Positions 9,877 through 19,796 of a stretch of DNA of 37,220 nt are shown one piece after another (the first letter of the stretch is position 1; each line of letters starts with the position of its first letter). A model generated the notes under the pieces. That model was not told the origin of the DNA. It ran no database searches and was given only the letters and a program-made list of their open reading frames with translations. Made by a program: the position numbers and the translations under genes. This DNA comes from a virus (Duplodnaviria; Heunggongvirae; Uroviricota; Caudoviricetes): positions 1-37,220 of the IMG/VR virus record IMGVR_UViG_2718218102_000005; one strand, written 5' to 3'.

Positions 9877-11372
9877 TATGCAGACTCCTCTGAATACTGA
9901 AGACGGAACTGGTTAACCACGGCAAAAACACGCAACTGGTTAACATAGTCAGGCGGGAACAGCGTGTTCAGGCGGTTCGGATCGCTGGCATCACGCTCCA
10001 CAACCAGGTACTGCTTAAACAGTTCGTAGTTTTCCACGATCCCCGCACGCTCAAGCTGACGGTAGGTTGCCAGCAGTTCCCCTTTGATCACCGCCGGTGT
10101 GACAATCGCCTGACCGGGACCAAAGCGGGTACCGTCGCTGGCAAGCTTGTGACGCCCGTACTTACTGGTAATGACGGATTTCAGTTTGCGCAGCACATAC
10201 GCGCTGGTATGCAGCGTCTCGCTGTCGAGGTAGCTGTTATCCGCAACACCGTAAGCGTTTTTCCTGTACGTGGTGACATCACGCTGAATGCGCAGCACCC
10301 CGCTTTCGACATACGCCGTTGCCACGCCATGAGACAGCAGGGTCTGTTGTTCGGTCATCGTGAACCGTTTCCCCTTCGGCGCAGGCAGCATACCCACCAG
10401 CTCACCGGTCTGCGTGGGACGTGCCGGATCGTTGCGAATAAACACCGCTGCGCGGGCGGTACGGCTTGCCGCCAGCTCGTCGGCAGGCGTCTGGGTCTCT
10501 TTTTCGTACCCCGCCAGGGTAATGTGCTGCTGGTTAAACTGGTCACCTGCGGTCACCAGTTCTGACAGCGTACCGGTCTTTGCCGTATACACATGACCAT
10601 ACAGCTGACGCGCATAGCTCCAGCGACCGCTGGTATCGTTCATCTCTGTCACCAGCGTGTTAACGGAGGCCGTGTCGTTGAACGGCAGGCCGATATAATC
10701 AAACGGCTCATCCGCCATTGCAGCCACCGCGCCGGTGAGAACCGGAGCGCCCGTTCCGGCGGTCCCCGTCGCCACGGCAATCTGTACGCCCGCTGGCAGC
10801 ACTTCGCCCCCACCAAAGCCGTAGTAATTGAGGCTGACAGGAATTTCATTCCCGCAAAGCCCCTTATGACGCGCGGTCAGTGTGACCACGCCTGCCGAAG
10901 ATGAGGCAGTAAACGGCAGGGCCGGAACGGCATTGATGGCATCTTTGATACTGCTGGCAATCGTCGCGACGTTATCGCCGTTGGTCACCGGTGCCTGCAC
11001 GCGGGTACGTCCCACATAAACATTCACCGTGCCGGTTTCGGTTGCCGCGCCGGTCACCGTCAGCGTAACTGTTGCCGCCGCGCCCGTGGATTCAGGAACG
11101 GCAATCACATACAGTTCACCAAACGGGTCGGTCTGGCGATAAGCCTCGACCATACGCGCCAGCTGACTTCCCGCACCACAAATCTGACGTGCATAGTCTG
11201 CCGATGGCATCAGCACCAGACTGTTGGCAACAATCTCTGCACCGTTATTGGCATGACCAATCAGCAGCGATGCTCCGCTATCCTGTGCAGTATTCGCCGC
11301 CGAGTTATCCATTTCCGCATAAAAAATCGGAACCAGCGTATTCGACGGAATGGTGTTAAAGCTCATCGTCAT
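9876..11372 (-). CDS. Tail sheath protein (contractile tail)
   Basis: 498-aa ORF starting MTMSFNTIPSNTLVPIFYAEMD..., size and position typical of Mu/P2-type sheath proteins. Confidence 0.8.
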   Translation of the reverse strand: MTMSFNTIPSNTLVPIFYAEMDNSAANTAQDSGASLLIGHANNGAEIVANSLVLMPSADYARQICGAGSQLARMVEAYRQTDPFGELYVIAVPESTGAAATVTLTVTGAATETGTVNVYVGRTRVQAPVTNGDNVATIASSIKDAINAVPALPFTASSSAGVVTLTARHKGLCGNEIPVSLNYYGFGGGEVLPAGVQIAVATGTAGTGAPVLTGAVAAMADEPFDYIGLPFNDTASVNTLVTEMNDTSGRWSYARQLYGHVYTAKTGTLSELVTAGDQFNQQHITLAGYEKETQTPADELAASRTARAAVFIRNDPARPTQTGELVGMLPAPKGKRFTMTEQQTLLSHGVATAYVESGVLRIQRDVTTYRKNAYGVADNSYLDSETLHTSAYVLRKLKSVITSKYGRHKLASDGTRFGPGQAIVTPAVIKGELLATYRQLERAGIVENYELFKQYLVVERDASDPNRLNTLFPPDYVNQLRVFAVVNQFRLQYSEESA

Positions 11373-11526
11373 CGGTATTCACCTTTTTATTCACGCGCCG
11401 GATATCACCCGCTGCTTCACGGCGCAGCCAGTAGTTGTTCTCGTCAACATTTCGCCCTTCGGCGGGCAAAAGGTCGCCGCGGGCAGGGTCAGGAACTGAC
11501 CGCCCTTTAACAGGTTTGACAAACAT
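11356..11526 (-). CDS. Small protein upstream of sheath (Mu gp38-like, tentative)
   Basis: Own translation: 56-aa ORF MFVKPVKGRSVPDPARGDLLPAEGRNVDENNYWLRREAAGDIRRVNKKVNTDDDEL, ATG at 11526, stop overlapping the sheath start; not in the ORF track (under 60 aa); weak SD. Confidence 0.35.
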   Translation of the reverse strand: MFVKPVKGRSVPDPARGDLLPAEGRNVDENNYWLRREAAGDIRRVNKKVNTDDDEL

Positions 11527-11534
11527 GAAGATTC

Positions 11535-12095
11535 TCAGGAAGGAAGGGTTATTTCGGTGTGATGTTCGATATCGCCGTCAGGCCCGTTACCGGGATCGAG
11601 ATAATCAACATCAATCGCCAGCGTTCGCAGTTCATCCAGACTGTTCAGGTCATCCTGCTGGCGGGTATCGTCTTCGGTCAGCTCGCTGATGACCGAAAAA
11701 TCGAACTGATAAATCAGCTCATGACGATTCAGATCCAGCAGCGTGCCGCCGTCATAGGTAATCGGGTTACCGCACGCTTCCGGGTTCCAGCCCAGCAGAG
11801 CCTTAAAGAGCATCTGCCGGACATCGTCCACCACATCATACGAGGCAAACTGACCGCGCTCATCACGCCCGTTACTCAGTATGACAACCACGGAGAAGCC
11901 CTCTTTCAGCTCCTGCCAGTAGTCGGTCTGGCTTTTGTTTTCTCCCGGAGAGTCATCACCCGGTACCACATACGCCGCCGGGAGTCTCAGCTTTCCGACC
12001 TCCGGCAGATTTTTGAACTGTGCCGCGCCTGCCACCCGGTTTTCAAAATACGGGCAGCGGGCACGCAGCGCAGCAATAACAGGCGTCAGTTTCAT
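11535..12095 (-). CDS. Virion protein, Gp37-like (DUF1834-type, tail completion)
   Basis: 186-aa ORF between the neck genes and the sheath; family assignment from memory. Confidence 0.5.
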   Translation of the reverse strand: MKLTPVIAALRARCPYFENRVAGAAQFKNLPEVGKLRLPAAYVVPGDDSPGENKSQTDYWQELKEGFSVVVILSNGRDERGQFASYDVVDDVRQMLFKALLGWNPEACGNPITYDGGTLLDLNRHELIYQFDFSVISELTEDDTRQQDDLNSLDELRTLAIDVDYLDPGNGPDGDIEHHTEITLPS

Positions 12096-12598
12096 CTGTG
12101 TCGTCGCTCCGGCTTCAGTGATTTACGCAATTCCCGCGCCAGAAAATAGCGTGTCCAGCTGCGGTTCTTTTCAAGCGTTTCCACCATAAAGTTATTACGT
12201 GGAGCCAGCCGCCAGCCGCTGCCACCGGATGCACCACGATGATGACTACGACGACGTTTTGCTCCTCCCCGGACACCAAAAAACAGAAACGCCGGATAGA
12301 AGTCACCAGAGATCATCCGGTTCCCCTTCCCGTTGCGCTGGTTAGGGGCAATGCGTGTCATAAAACCGGCTCGCTTTTTACTGGCTCTCGGCACCATGTA
12401 ACCAATCGAACGAGCCAGGCGTCCGGTCTGATAACCGGGGTTTTCACCCGGTGCCGACCGCGCACGGCGCATCACCAGCCGACGGGCATCACGCATATGA
12501 CGCTGCCCAATCGTGACAAACGCCCGCCGGACACGGGCGCGGTTAAAGCGCATCTCCGCGGGCTGCTGAACATCAACGTGAAAAAAGGGAGTCGCCAT
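12092..12598 (-). CDS. Neck / virion morphogenesis protein (HK97 gp10-like or Mu G-like)
   Basis: 168-aa basic ORF with 4-nt overlaps to neighbours, in the head-tail joining region. Confidence 0.45.
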   Translation of the reverse strand: MATPFFHVDVQQPAEMRFNRARVRRAFVTIGQRHMRDARRLVMRRARSAPGENPGYQTGRLARSIGYMVPRASKKRAGFMTRIAPNQRNGKGNRMISGDFYPAFLFFGVRGGAKRRRSHHRGASGGSGWRLAPRNNFMVETLEKNRSWTRYFLARELRKSLKPERRHR

Positions 12599-12983
12599 TG
12601 CTGCCTCCGTGACTCTGCGTAAATTCGCCCAGTTCCGTACACTCCAGCAGCAGAAAGCGCCGCGCCCCGTTCAGATCGCGCTGACGTTTCACCCGGTACA
12701 CACTGTCATCACAGACCACCTCATAATCAGCAGTGATCCCCCGGCGGTAGCGAATGGTGATGTAATGGGTGATGGCGTCTCCGGTCTGCGCGGTTTCCTG
12801 CCAGGTGGTGGCACTGGTCTGGATAACCTTCGCCCATGCCCGGAACGCAACCGGGTATTGAGGCTCCACGCCAAAGTTATCCGCGGGCATATCCACCCGC
12901 TGGCGGATCAGGACGCGTTTATTCAGTTCGCCGGGGTCCGGCAGAATGTAGGTTGCGCTGGTCTGCGCCTGACGAATTTTCAT
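12573..12983 (-). CDS. Head-tail adaptor / head closure protein
   Basis: 136-aa ORF in the head-tail joining cluster downstream of the connector gene. Confidence 0.5.
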   Translation of the reverse strand: MKIRQAQTSATYILPDPGELNKRVLIRQRVDMPADNFGVEPQYPVAFRAWAKVIQTSATTWQETAQTGDAITHYITIRYRRGITADYEVVCDDSVYRVKRQRDLNGARRFLLLECTELGEFTQSHGGSNGDSLFSR

Positions 12984-13303
12984 AGTGGTATAAGGCGATA
13001 AGGAACAACCAACCAGTTAAAACTCATTGGCAACTCCATTTTCTCAACGTCTGTAACCGTTGAGCGGTTTTCGTAGAAATGGCTGACAAGTAGCAGAAGC
13101 GCCAGCTTCACATCATCAGATATCACAAGCCCATCAGGATCATCCGCAGGCCTGTCATCTGCGGTTGCATACAACTTACGGTTAAGGAAGTTTTCCGTAC
13201 GACTCTGAGCGGCCTTACCAAGCAGTTCAAGCAACTCATCTTCATCAGAGAAATCATCATCCAGACGGAGCTGAAGCTTAATCTCTTCCATTTTTAACAG
13301 CAT
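12980..13303 (-). CDS. Head-tail connector protein (gp6-like)
   Basis: ORF track 12980-13348 starts at a non-SD codon; the ATG at 13303 (MLLKMEEIKLQ...) has a GGAGG SD 4 nt upstream; acidic coiled N-terminus typical of gp6-like connectors. Confidence 0.55.
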   Translation of the reverse strand: MLLKMEEIKLQLRLDDDFSDEDELLELLGKAAQSRTENFLNRKLYATADDRPADDPDGLVISDDVKLALLLLVSHFYENRSTVTDVEKMELPMSFNWLVVPYRLIPL

Positions 13304-13381
13304 AAAACCTCCTGTGCCCGCCAGAACGCGGGCACAAAAAAACCGCATTACGCGGCGTGCTGTATTACGTAAAAAGACTAA

Positions 13382-14611
13382 TCAACCACCAACGCTACCT
13401 TTCCCCACCAGCGCTTTAATGGCAGAGGTGTCTTCCAGGATACAGTCAAAACGATGGAAGGCCAGAAAACCGGTCTGATCATATTCCGCGTAACGCTCAA
13501 CCAGACGTTTAAGAATCATGTATCGCACACGACGGATAATGAAGCGATCAAAGTCACCACAGAACATGAATTTTTTACCCGCCCCGATATCATCAATTTC
13601 CTGATCAATGACATACGGTACATTCAACACTGAAGCAGGTGCCACACCAACAATATCCGGCAACCATAAAGGGCGTCCCTGACCGTCTTCCATCTCACTG
13701 ATCAGTTTCAGCGTATTATCGTTAAACGCCAGGCGGAATTTCGGCCCGCGACGATATGCAGGATCAATGCTGTGTTTCAGAGCCAGAATTTCCTGCCACT
13801 TCACCGTATTTGCCGCGGCAGTCTGTGTTGTGCCGGTCACAGATGCGACCAGCCCTTTGGGTTGTTTAGGCGTACCAGCACCAGTTCCCTGAATCAGATA
13901 ACGGGCTTCACCACGACCAATACGTTCAGCAATGCGACGGGCAAGATAAGCTTCCATATCGATCGCGCTGTCCTGCAGCAACTCATTAGACACACGAATG
14001 ATTTTCGATGTCATTTTGAGCGCCCCAAGACTTCCCATACCGAAATCGGTGTCTTCTTCACCGGCTTCTTCATTTTCGCCCAGCAGAACACCAACTTCGG
14101 AAGTACCATCAGCTGTTGCCCACTCCATAGTGCGACCGTCAGAAGTGGTCAGAATCTGCGCCACACTGGCGATGCCACCGTAGGATTTCATCTTCTCAAC
14201 AACTTTCGCCAGGAATGTTTCTGGTACGGTATATCCGCCCTTTTCATCCTGAGCTACACCCTGGGCACGAAGTTCACGCAACGCCTTTCGTTCTTCTGAT
14301 GTCAGCTCACTGGCACCGTGACGCATCCACTTATCAAAAACCTGAGCTCGTTTCTCATCCTGTTGCGGATTGTTTTCCGGATCAAGATTCTGACGCTGCT
14401 CTTCCTCATTGCTTTCAATGTACGCCTGATCCTGACGACGCAGTTCTTCTTCGCGTGCAATTCGTTCATCAAGCGCTTCCAGTTCGGATTTTGCTTTGTT
14501 CCACTCAGTGCGCTGCTCTTCCGTCCATGCGTTATCACCAATTTTTTCATTCAGGGCGCGCATGTCAGTTGCGATAGTATTACGTTTCTGTTTCAGTTCA
14601 TGCAGTTTCAT
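13382..14611 (-). CDS. Major capsid protein, HK97 family
   Basis: 409-aa ORF with a long charged coiled-coil delta domain (MKLHELKQKRNTIATDMRALNEK...), directly downstream of the prohead protease. Confidence 0.85.
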   Translation of the reverse strand: MKLHELKQKRNTIATDMRALNEKIGDNAWTEEQRTEWNKAKSELEALDERIAREEELRRQDQAYIESNEEEQRQNLDPENNPQQDEKRAQVFDKWMRHGASELTSEERKALRELRAQGVAQDEKGGYTVPETFLAKVVEKMKSYGGIASVAQILTTSDGRTMEWATADGTSEVGVLLGENEEAGEEDTDFGMGSLGALKMTSKIIRVSNELLQDSAIDMEAYLARRIAERIGRGEARYLIQGTGAGTPKQPKGLVASVTGTTQTAAANTVKWQEILALKHSIDPAYRRGPKFRLAFNDNTLKLISEMEDGQGRPLWLPDIVGVAPASVLNVPYVIDQEIDDIGAGKKFMFCGDFDRFIIRRVRYMILKRLVERYAEYDQTGFLAFHRFDCILEDTSAIKALVGKGSVGG

Positions 14612-14621
14612 GATGTTTCCT

Positions 14622-15224
14622 TTACGCGTTAAGAAGGGTCAGGACGCGTTCACGCGCCATACGTTGATTAATGGCTTTCTGTAGCGCGCCACTGTTGCGC
14701 GCCTCCTTCCATGCTTTCATGGAGCGAACAGCCGAGTCAGCCTCCTGATAGGCAGGATATGTCACAGGACTGACATCCAGCAGACGGGAAAAGCGGGTTA
14801 TCTCGCGAATAACAACCCCGTCCTCATCCTGATACCACTCCTCACCGTCACGGGCGACACGGAAAGCGAAAGATGACTGGTTAATATCTCCACGTTGCAT
14901 CGGGGCCAGCACCAGATCACGAATGGTCTGTGTCTCCGGAGCCTGGATGTCATAGCGTAATCCGCGCTCATCAACTGAAAGATTCAGCGTGCCTGCTGCA
15001 CTACGCCCAAGAATAAAATTAGGATCGTGGTTAAACAGTGCGCGTACATCATCACCAAGCACATCGTCAAAAGCGCCGGGCCGGATGATTTCGCGGAATG
15101 AACCGAATATCAGCTCAGAACGACAGTCAAACACCGATCCATAACCGATAATGTGCGCCGGGTTATCGTCATGCCGCTCAGCACGCACCTCACCGCTGTA
15201 ACAACGGATTTCACGGTCATTCAT
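14622..15224 (-). CDS. Prohead protease, HK97 family
   Basis: ORF track 14622-15281; start refined to ATG at 15224 (MNDREIRCYSGEV..., SD gaggga upstream), just after the portal stop; placed between portal and capsid. Confidence 0.8.
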   Translation of the reverse strand: MNDREIRCYSGEVRAERHDDNPAHIIGYGSVFDCRSELIFGSFREIIRPGAFDDVLGDDVRALFNHDPNFILGRSAAGTLNLSVDERGLRYDIQAPETQTIRDLVLAPMQRGDINQSSFAFRVARDGEEWYQDEDGVVIREITRFSRLLDVSPVTYPAYQEADSAVRSMKAWKEARNSGALQKAINQRMARERVLTLLNA

Positions 15225-16491
15225 TGGTTTTTCCCTCATCGTTTTTTGGGGGCTTAAAATCTCCTGCCGGGTTAGCAGCATTCACGCTTACCAGCATCTC
15301 GTCCAGCCCTTCAACCGGATTCATATCCTCAAATGCGCGGGCCTCATTACGGCTCATCCATCCATCGGTAATAGCGAAGTGATAGAATTGCGCGCGCTCC
15401 TGCGGAGTTCCGCGTAAAAGCCCCGTCAGATTGAACCTGACGTAATACCCGGCGGCTAACTCAGCGCGGGTAAACAAGCGACGGTTAAGCTCCTGCTCCC
15501 AGTTCGTCACCCACGGCATCATCGTGTAGCGGACAAACTGAATCGCCTGCGCAGAAATATTGGAGAAGGTGGCTTTTTCGAGGTCATTAATCATGTGCGC
15601 AGGAATATTGAAAATACCGGCGATCATTGAACGGTTCAGCTTCATCATGTCAATGATCTGAGCGTCAACTGGCGACACAGTCAGTGCCTTGTAATCCAGA
15701 TCGGCTGGCAGCAGCATGGTTTTGTTTTCCTGGCGGCGTAACGCCTGCGATGCCTTCTGCCACTGATCTTTAAGCCAGCCCCAGCTTTCCTTATTGAGTC
15801 CGCTTTTAACGGATACTATCCCCGCCGGACGGGCATTACCGCTGAAGAAGCTTTCTGTGTATTTCTGACCGCTCATCCCCATGCCTATTGTTTCGGCATG
15901 TTGCATAATCGGACTCAGCCCCATCTTCTGATTATTACCCAGCGCTCGGATGTGGATCATATCGTCGGGGCTGATCGCAAACGCCCCATATTCGTTGTAC
16001 AAACCGTAGGTGTATCGGCCACCAGTATTCATAAGCGTCGTTTCCCACGGCATACAGCAATCCAGGGATATGACTTCACCGCGACGATTACGTTTCACCC
16101 AGGTATACCCATTCCCCCAGCCAAGGATGTGACGTTGCTTCAGTTCGCGCCATTTGTAGCTGGTTTGCCAGGTATTGGGCTCATCATGAACCAGATAAAA
16201 CGCAGGATGATCGCGTGCGGGTTCAACCTTCCCCTTGTACCTGCGCATAACATGCAACGGCATCTGGGCAAGGCTGGAAGACAGGACATAGATACAGGAA
16301 TACACCGCAGCCAGTTTCATCGCAGTCTCAGGACTGACATAAACGTCTGCCCGGAACAGCCCATCAGTATCAACGGCATCCCCGGTTATCGGGGTGGAAG
16401 GATTCTCCAGTGATTTACTTCTGAACAGAGCATCAAGCAGCACGCGTCCCCCTTCTGGCCATAGCCAGTGCGCCCACCAGCAGTAAAGCAC
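15217..16491 (-). CDS. Portal protein, HK97 family
   Basis: 424-aa ORF between terminase large subunit and protease. Track start is GTG at 16491, inside the upstream small ORF; an in-frame GTG at 16443 ([11 protein letters not shown]...) may be the true start. Confidence 0.8.
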   Translation of the reverse strand: MLYCWWAHWLWPEGGRVLLDALFRSKSLENPSTPITGDAVDTDGLFRADVYVSPETAMKLAAVYSCIYVLSSSLAQMPLHVMRRYKGKVEPARDHPAFYLVHDEPNTWQTSYKWRELKQRHILGWGNGYTWVKRNRRGEVISLDCCMPWETTLMNTGGRYTYGLYNEYGAFAISPDDMIHIRALGNNQKMGLSPIMQHAETIGMGMSGQKYTESFFSGNARPAGIVSVKSGLNKESWGWLKDQWQKASQALRRQENKTMLLPADLDYKALTVSPVDAQIIDMMKLNRSMIAGIFNIPAHMINDLEKATFSNISAQAIQFVRYTMMPWVTNWEQELNRRLFTRAELAAGYYVRFNLTGLLRGTPQERAQFYHFAITDGWMSRNEARAFEDMNPVEGLDEMLVSVNAANPAGDFKPPKNDEGKTNE

Positions 16492-16594
16492 CGGACAAAA
16501 TCAGAGCCGGAGCCATACCAAACTGCAGGTAAACCCCGCACGTAAGCAGGCCAAAACCAGCCAGCCCGATAACATCAGCAATTAGTGATTTCAT
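16433..16594 (-). CDS. Small hydrophobic protein between terminase and portal
   Basis: Own translation: 53 aa, [53 protein letters not shown] (two predicted TM helices); ATG overlaps the TerL stop as ATGA (16591-16594). Confidence 0.35.
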   Translation of the reverse strand: MKSLIADVIGLAGFGLLTCGVYLQFGMAPALILSGALLLVGALAMARRGTRAA

Positions 16595-18324
16595 AGAATT
16601 AAGAGATCATCGTCCGGATCAAGAGATGAGAGGAAATCGTCAGGTTCTTTGAGCATTGCCCGACCGATCGTCATAATCAGTGCAACCGCACCATCGATTT
16701 TGTTTTCCGCCTGCTCCTTGACGGGCTTCACTAAATCATCGTTACCTGGCATGTTTTTGCCGACCACATTGCCGATACACCAGGTCATGATGGGATTGCC
16801 GTCATGATGAAAGCGTCCCGATTCAATCGCTGCTTCCAGCTCTTTCATAGGATCGGACATATTGGCGAAGTTCTGGACGATAGTGACGGGATTCAGATCT
16901 TCATCAGCAAGGTCATGTGACAGCCCGGTCGCCCCGAAGGGGTCGATGGGTGACTCACTGACCGGGCTGATTTTGTTCGCCGCTTTGGCCTCTTCGAGGA
17001 TGTAGCGATAATCCACCTCTGCACCATCGGTAACGGTCAGGACGCCCATTTCCACCCATTTCTGAAAGCGTTCGGCTGTCCGTCTATCTTCATTTTTCTC
17101 GACGCTGTACACCGTGTCATACGGTACCCAGAAGCGCGGGGCCACACTGTAGTAATGCGTTTTACCGTCAATCTCGCGGGTATAAAGTCGCGCCATGCTG
17201 TTCATATCCAGCTTACGCGCCAGGTCAAAGGCCAGAATGCACGGCTGCCCCTCGAACTGCTCAAGGGTCAGTGATTTATCCTCGCAGCTCTGCCAGCTCA
17301 CCAGGTTGAAATACGCCGAACGTGCCGACACCCAGATATTGAGGTGTTTTGTCTTAAAGACGTTTGCCAGACGGGCGTTATTTTTCGCACGCTGCTGCTG
17401 ACTTAACAAAAATTCGCGATAAACCGACACGCCAATATTTGGATTGGCTTTTTCCAGCACCTGCGGGTCGGTCCAGTCGTCACCTTCATCAACGGTATAG
17501 ATGATCCCGAACAGTTCATCGTTAGGCACCGAGCCGTTGAGCATCTCGATGACTTCCCGCCGCTTGTCGTAGCACGGCCCCTCAATGTTGTACCCGGCGG
17601 TGGTGATGGCCCACATCAGTGGCTGACGTCGCGCCCCCATCCCGGTAAGCATTGTGGTATAAAGCGCATCGGTGGCATGCTCGTGATATTCATCAACCAC
17701 GGCACAGTGGGGTGATGAACCATCACCGGGGTTGCCGATCAGCGGTTCAAACCGCGCGCCATCCTCCGGACGGTTCATGTTTGAGGCGTTAACCTCAATC
17801 CCGAACGCTTCCGTCAGCATGGGTGTGCGTTTACACATCAGTCGCGCCGGGCGAAAGACTTCCCACGCCTGTTTCTCTGTCGTGGCACCGGAATACACTT
17901 CCGCGCCAAACTCGTTATCACAGGCAAAACAATACAGGGCAACACCGGCAGAGATTGCTGATTTGCCGTTCTTACGGGGGATTTCGGTATACACCTCCCG
18001 GAAGCGGCGCAACCGGGTGCCTTTATTGACCCAGCCAAACGCACAGCAGATCACAAATAGCTGCCACGGCTCCAGCGTGATGGGCATCCGTTTGAATGCC
18101 CACTCACCCTTGGTGTGCGGCAACAGCTGAATAAATTTCGCGGCCCGTTCAGCCAGGTCCTTGTCGAAGCGGTAACGAAACGACTTACTTTTTTCCGCCA
18201 TCAGGTCATCAAGATGGCGCTGGCAGGCCTGAATCACAAACTGGCAGGCAACAATCTTTCCGCGCACGACATCCCGGGCATACTGATTGGCAGCATTTAC
18301 GTTGGGGTAAGATTTCCGGCTCAT
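16591..18324 (-). CDS. Terminase large subunit
   Basis: 577-aa ORF; [30 protein letters not shown]... and ...[14 protein letters not shown] (Walker A-like) typical of TerL; 4-nt overlap with TerS. Confidence 0.9.
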   Translation of the reverse strand: MSRKSYPNVNAANQYARDVVRGKIVACQFVIQACQRHLDDLMAEKSKSFRYRFDKDLAERAAKFIQLLPHTKGEWAFKRMPITLEPWQLFVICCAFGWVNKGTRLRRFREVYTEIPRKNGKSAISAGVALYCFACDNEFGAEVYSGATTEKQAWEVFRPARLMCKRTPMLTEAFGIEVNASNMNRPEDGARFEPLIGNPGDGSSPHCAVVDEYHEHATDALYTTMLTGMGARRQPLMWAITTAGYNIEGPCYDKRREVIEMLNGSVPNDELFGIIYTVDEGDDWTDPQVLEKANPNIGVSVYREFLLSQQQRAKNNARLANVFKTKHLNIWVSARSAYFNLVSWQSCEDKSLTLEQFEGQPCILAFDLARKLDMNSMARLYTREIDGKTHYYSVAPRFWVPYDTVYSVEKNEDRRTAERFQKWVEMGVLTVTDGAEVDYRYILEEAKAANKISPVSESPIDPFGATGLSHDLADEDLNPVTIVQNFANMSDPMKELEAAIESGRFHHDGNPIMTWCIGNVVGKNMPGNDDLVKPVKEQAENKIDGAVALIMTIGRAMLKEPDDFLSSLDPDDDLLIL

Positions 18325-18824
18325 GACTCGATGATTTTCAGAAACGGGTTAGTGGCTTTCTTCTGCCCCGCCAGGCCAATCAGACGCTGGCGGCTGCTGG
18401 GGTCGAGTCCGAGCATTGCCCCCGTGCTGCTCATCTCGGACTCCTGTTCTTTCTTGGCGGTCAGCTCCGGGTTTTTGACCATACCGCCCATTGCACCGGT
18501 AATGGTGTTGCCCTGGCTGGCAATATTTTTCACGGCACGTCGCCAGAACTCATAGGCCACGCACCACCGCTCAAGCACCGCGAGGTCAGTCACGCACAGC
18601 AGGCCCTGACCGCAGAGTTCTTTGGTTGTCAGTTGCCACATGATCGTGGCGAGAGGGAGATCTTCTTCAGCGAACCACTCCGGTGGCTCAACACCTTTGA
18701 TGGGCGTAAAAACAGGTTCATCTTTATTCAGGGCTCGCTTGCCGGGGTTTCCGGCCAGCGCCTTGCGCGCCGTTGGCTTGGGGCGACGCCCGGAACGCCC
18801 CGCCGTTCCAGCCATATGCGGCAC
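18321..18824 (-). CDS. Terminase small subunit (P27-family-like)
   Basis: 167-aa ORF immediately upstream of TerL; track start is GTG, the ATG at 18815 ([15 protein letters not shown]...) has an AGGAG SD and is more likely. Confidence 0.75.
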   Translation of the reverse strand: MPHMAGTAGRSGRRPKPTARKALAGNPGKRALNKDEPVFTPIKGVEPPEWFAEEDLPLATIMWQLTTKELCGQGLLCVTDLAVLERWCVAYEFWRRAVKNIASQGNTITGAMGGMVKNPELTAKKEQESEMSSTGAMLGLDPSSRQRLIGLAGQKKATNPFLKIIES

Positions 18825-18865
18825 TCCTGGTTAAATTTCATTTTTCGCGGGTATAAAAAAACGAT

Positions 18866-18914
18866 GGGGCGGGCAGTCCGGAAGACGTCAGGCTGCAGGG
18901 ATTTGACCCGCCCC
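18866..18914. other. Inverted repeat in the HNH-TerS intergenic region (possible cos / packaging site)
   Basis: ggggcggg (18866-18873) and cccgcccc (18907-18914) flank a 33-bp spacer containing the palindrome gacgtc; HK97-like phages typically place cos between HNH and TerS. Confidence 0.3.
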
Positions 18915-18940
18915 TCCCCTCAGACAGTTGAGAATTATTA

Positions 18941-19291
18941 TCACTTTAACCGTTCACGGGCCGTCTTCGCCTTATGACACGGCCAGCACAGACTCTGCAG
19001 ATTACTGTCAGCATCAGTGCCGCCATGCGCTTTAGGGATGATGTGGTCAACAGTTTTCGCCTCACGCACCACACCAGCACGCAGACATAACTGACACAGG
19101 CCTTTGTCACGCTTCAGAACACGCGCGCGGATACTGTCCCACTTCGAACCGTAGCCGCGCTGATGACGGGATTGTCCAGGTTTGTATTGCTTCCAGCCTT
19201 CGCTTTTGTGGCTTTCGCAGTAGCCTGAAGGGTCAGTAGTGGTATGGCGGCAGCCGCGAACACGGCAGGCTTTCGGGGTTCGTGGCGGCAT
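18941..19291 (-). CDS. HNH endonuclease (terminase-associated)
   Basis: 116-aa ORF with CxxC...H-N-H motif (CQLCLRAG...VDHIIPKAHGGTDADSNLQSLCWPCHKAKT), upstream of TerS. Confidence 0.85.
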   Translation of the reverse strand: MPPRTPKACRVRGCRHTTTDPSGYCESHKSEGWKQYKPGQSRHQRGYGSKWDSIRARVLKRDKGLCQLCLRAGVVREAKTVDHIIPKAHGGTDADSNLQSLCWPCHKAKTARERLK

Positions 19292-19342
19292 TAATGCTTC
19301 CCTTTAAGTTATTACGATGGAACAGACCATAGAAATGGCAAT

Positions 19343-19362
19343 AAAAAACCGCCCGGAGGCGG
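19343..19362 (-). terminator. Short intrinsic terminator between the 106-aa moron and HNH
   Basis: ccgcc-cgga-ggcgg hairpin (19349-19362) preceded on the plus strand by aaaaaa (19343-19348), i.e. a U-run on the minus-strand RNA. Confidence 0.4.
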
Positions 19363-19383
19363 TTCAATTATCATCTCGATAAA

Positions 19384-19704
19384 CTAAATCAGATCACCAA
19401 TGTATTTTGCACTAATTGAAATTTGCATCTGAGGCATTCCGACCACAGATCCATTTAACAGGTAATCACGTCCTCGTTCCTGCAAAGAAAGACTCAATTC
19501 AAAGTTCTTTACCCCAGGGAAAACCGAGGTGACATTTAAATCATGCTGCGATACGCGCAGAATAAGTTGGCTACCGTCAATTTTTCCCTGATACGTAAAA
19601 CCAAAATCTCCGCCGTTTACTGCATTGTTTTTGACAACTACGGTACCATTACCAAAATCACGTTGATTGCTTCTGAAAACAACAAAATAGATACCATCTT
19701 TCAT
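19384..19704 (-). CDS. AT-rich moron: hypothetical 106-aa protein
   Basis: ORF MKDGIYFVVFRSNQRDFGNGTVVVKNN... between the spanin genes and HNH; visibly lower GC than flanks; own terminator downstream; no family recognised. Confidence 0.5.
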   Translation of the reverse strand: MKDGIYFVVFRSNQRDFGNGTVVVKNNAVNGGDFGFTYQGKIDGSQLILRVSQHDLNVTSVFPGVKNFELSLSLQERGRDYLLNGSVVGMPQMQISISAKYIGDLI

Positions 19705-19796
19705 GTGTAAAGCCCTTTAAAAGAGTCACCAAAATCAGGTGCTTTGTATCTATTGGGCCATCACATATCAAATCAAGGAACAAAACAAAGTTAACA

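Noticed and set aside
11559-12149. 196-aa plus-strand ORF antisense to the Gp37-like and neck genes
   Set aside because: Lies entirely opposite well-supported structural genes in a GC-rich region; Arg/Gln-rich low-complexity translation typical of a shadow ORF.
13336-13357. Possible terminator after the major capsid gene
   Set aside because: Only a 4-bp GC stem (ccgc/gcgg) before the U-run on the minus strand; too weak to call without folding-energy calculation.
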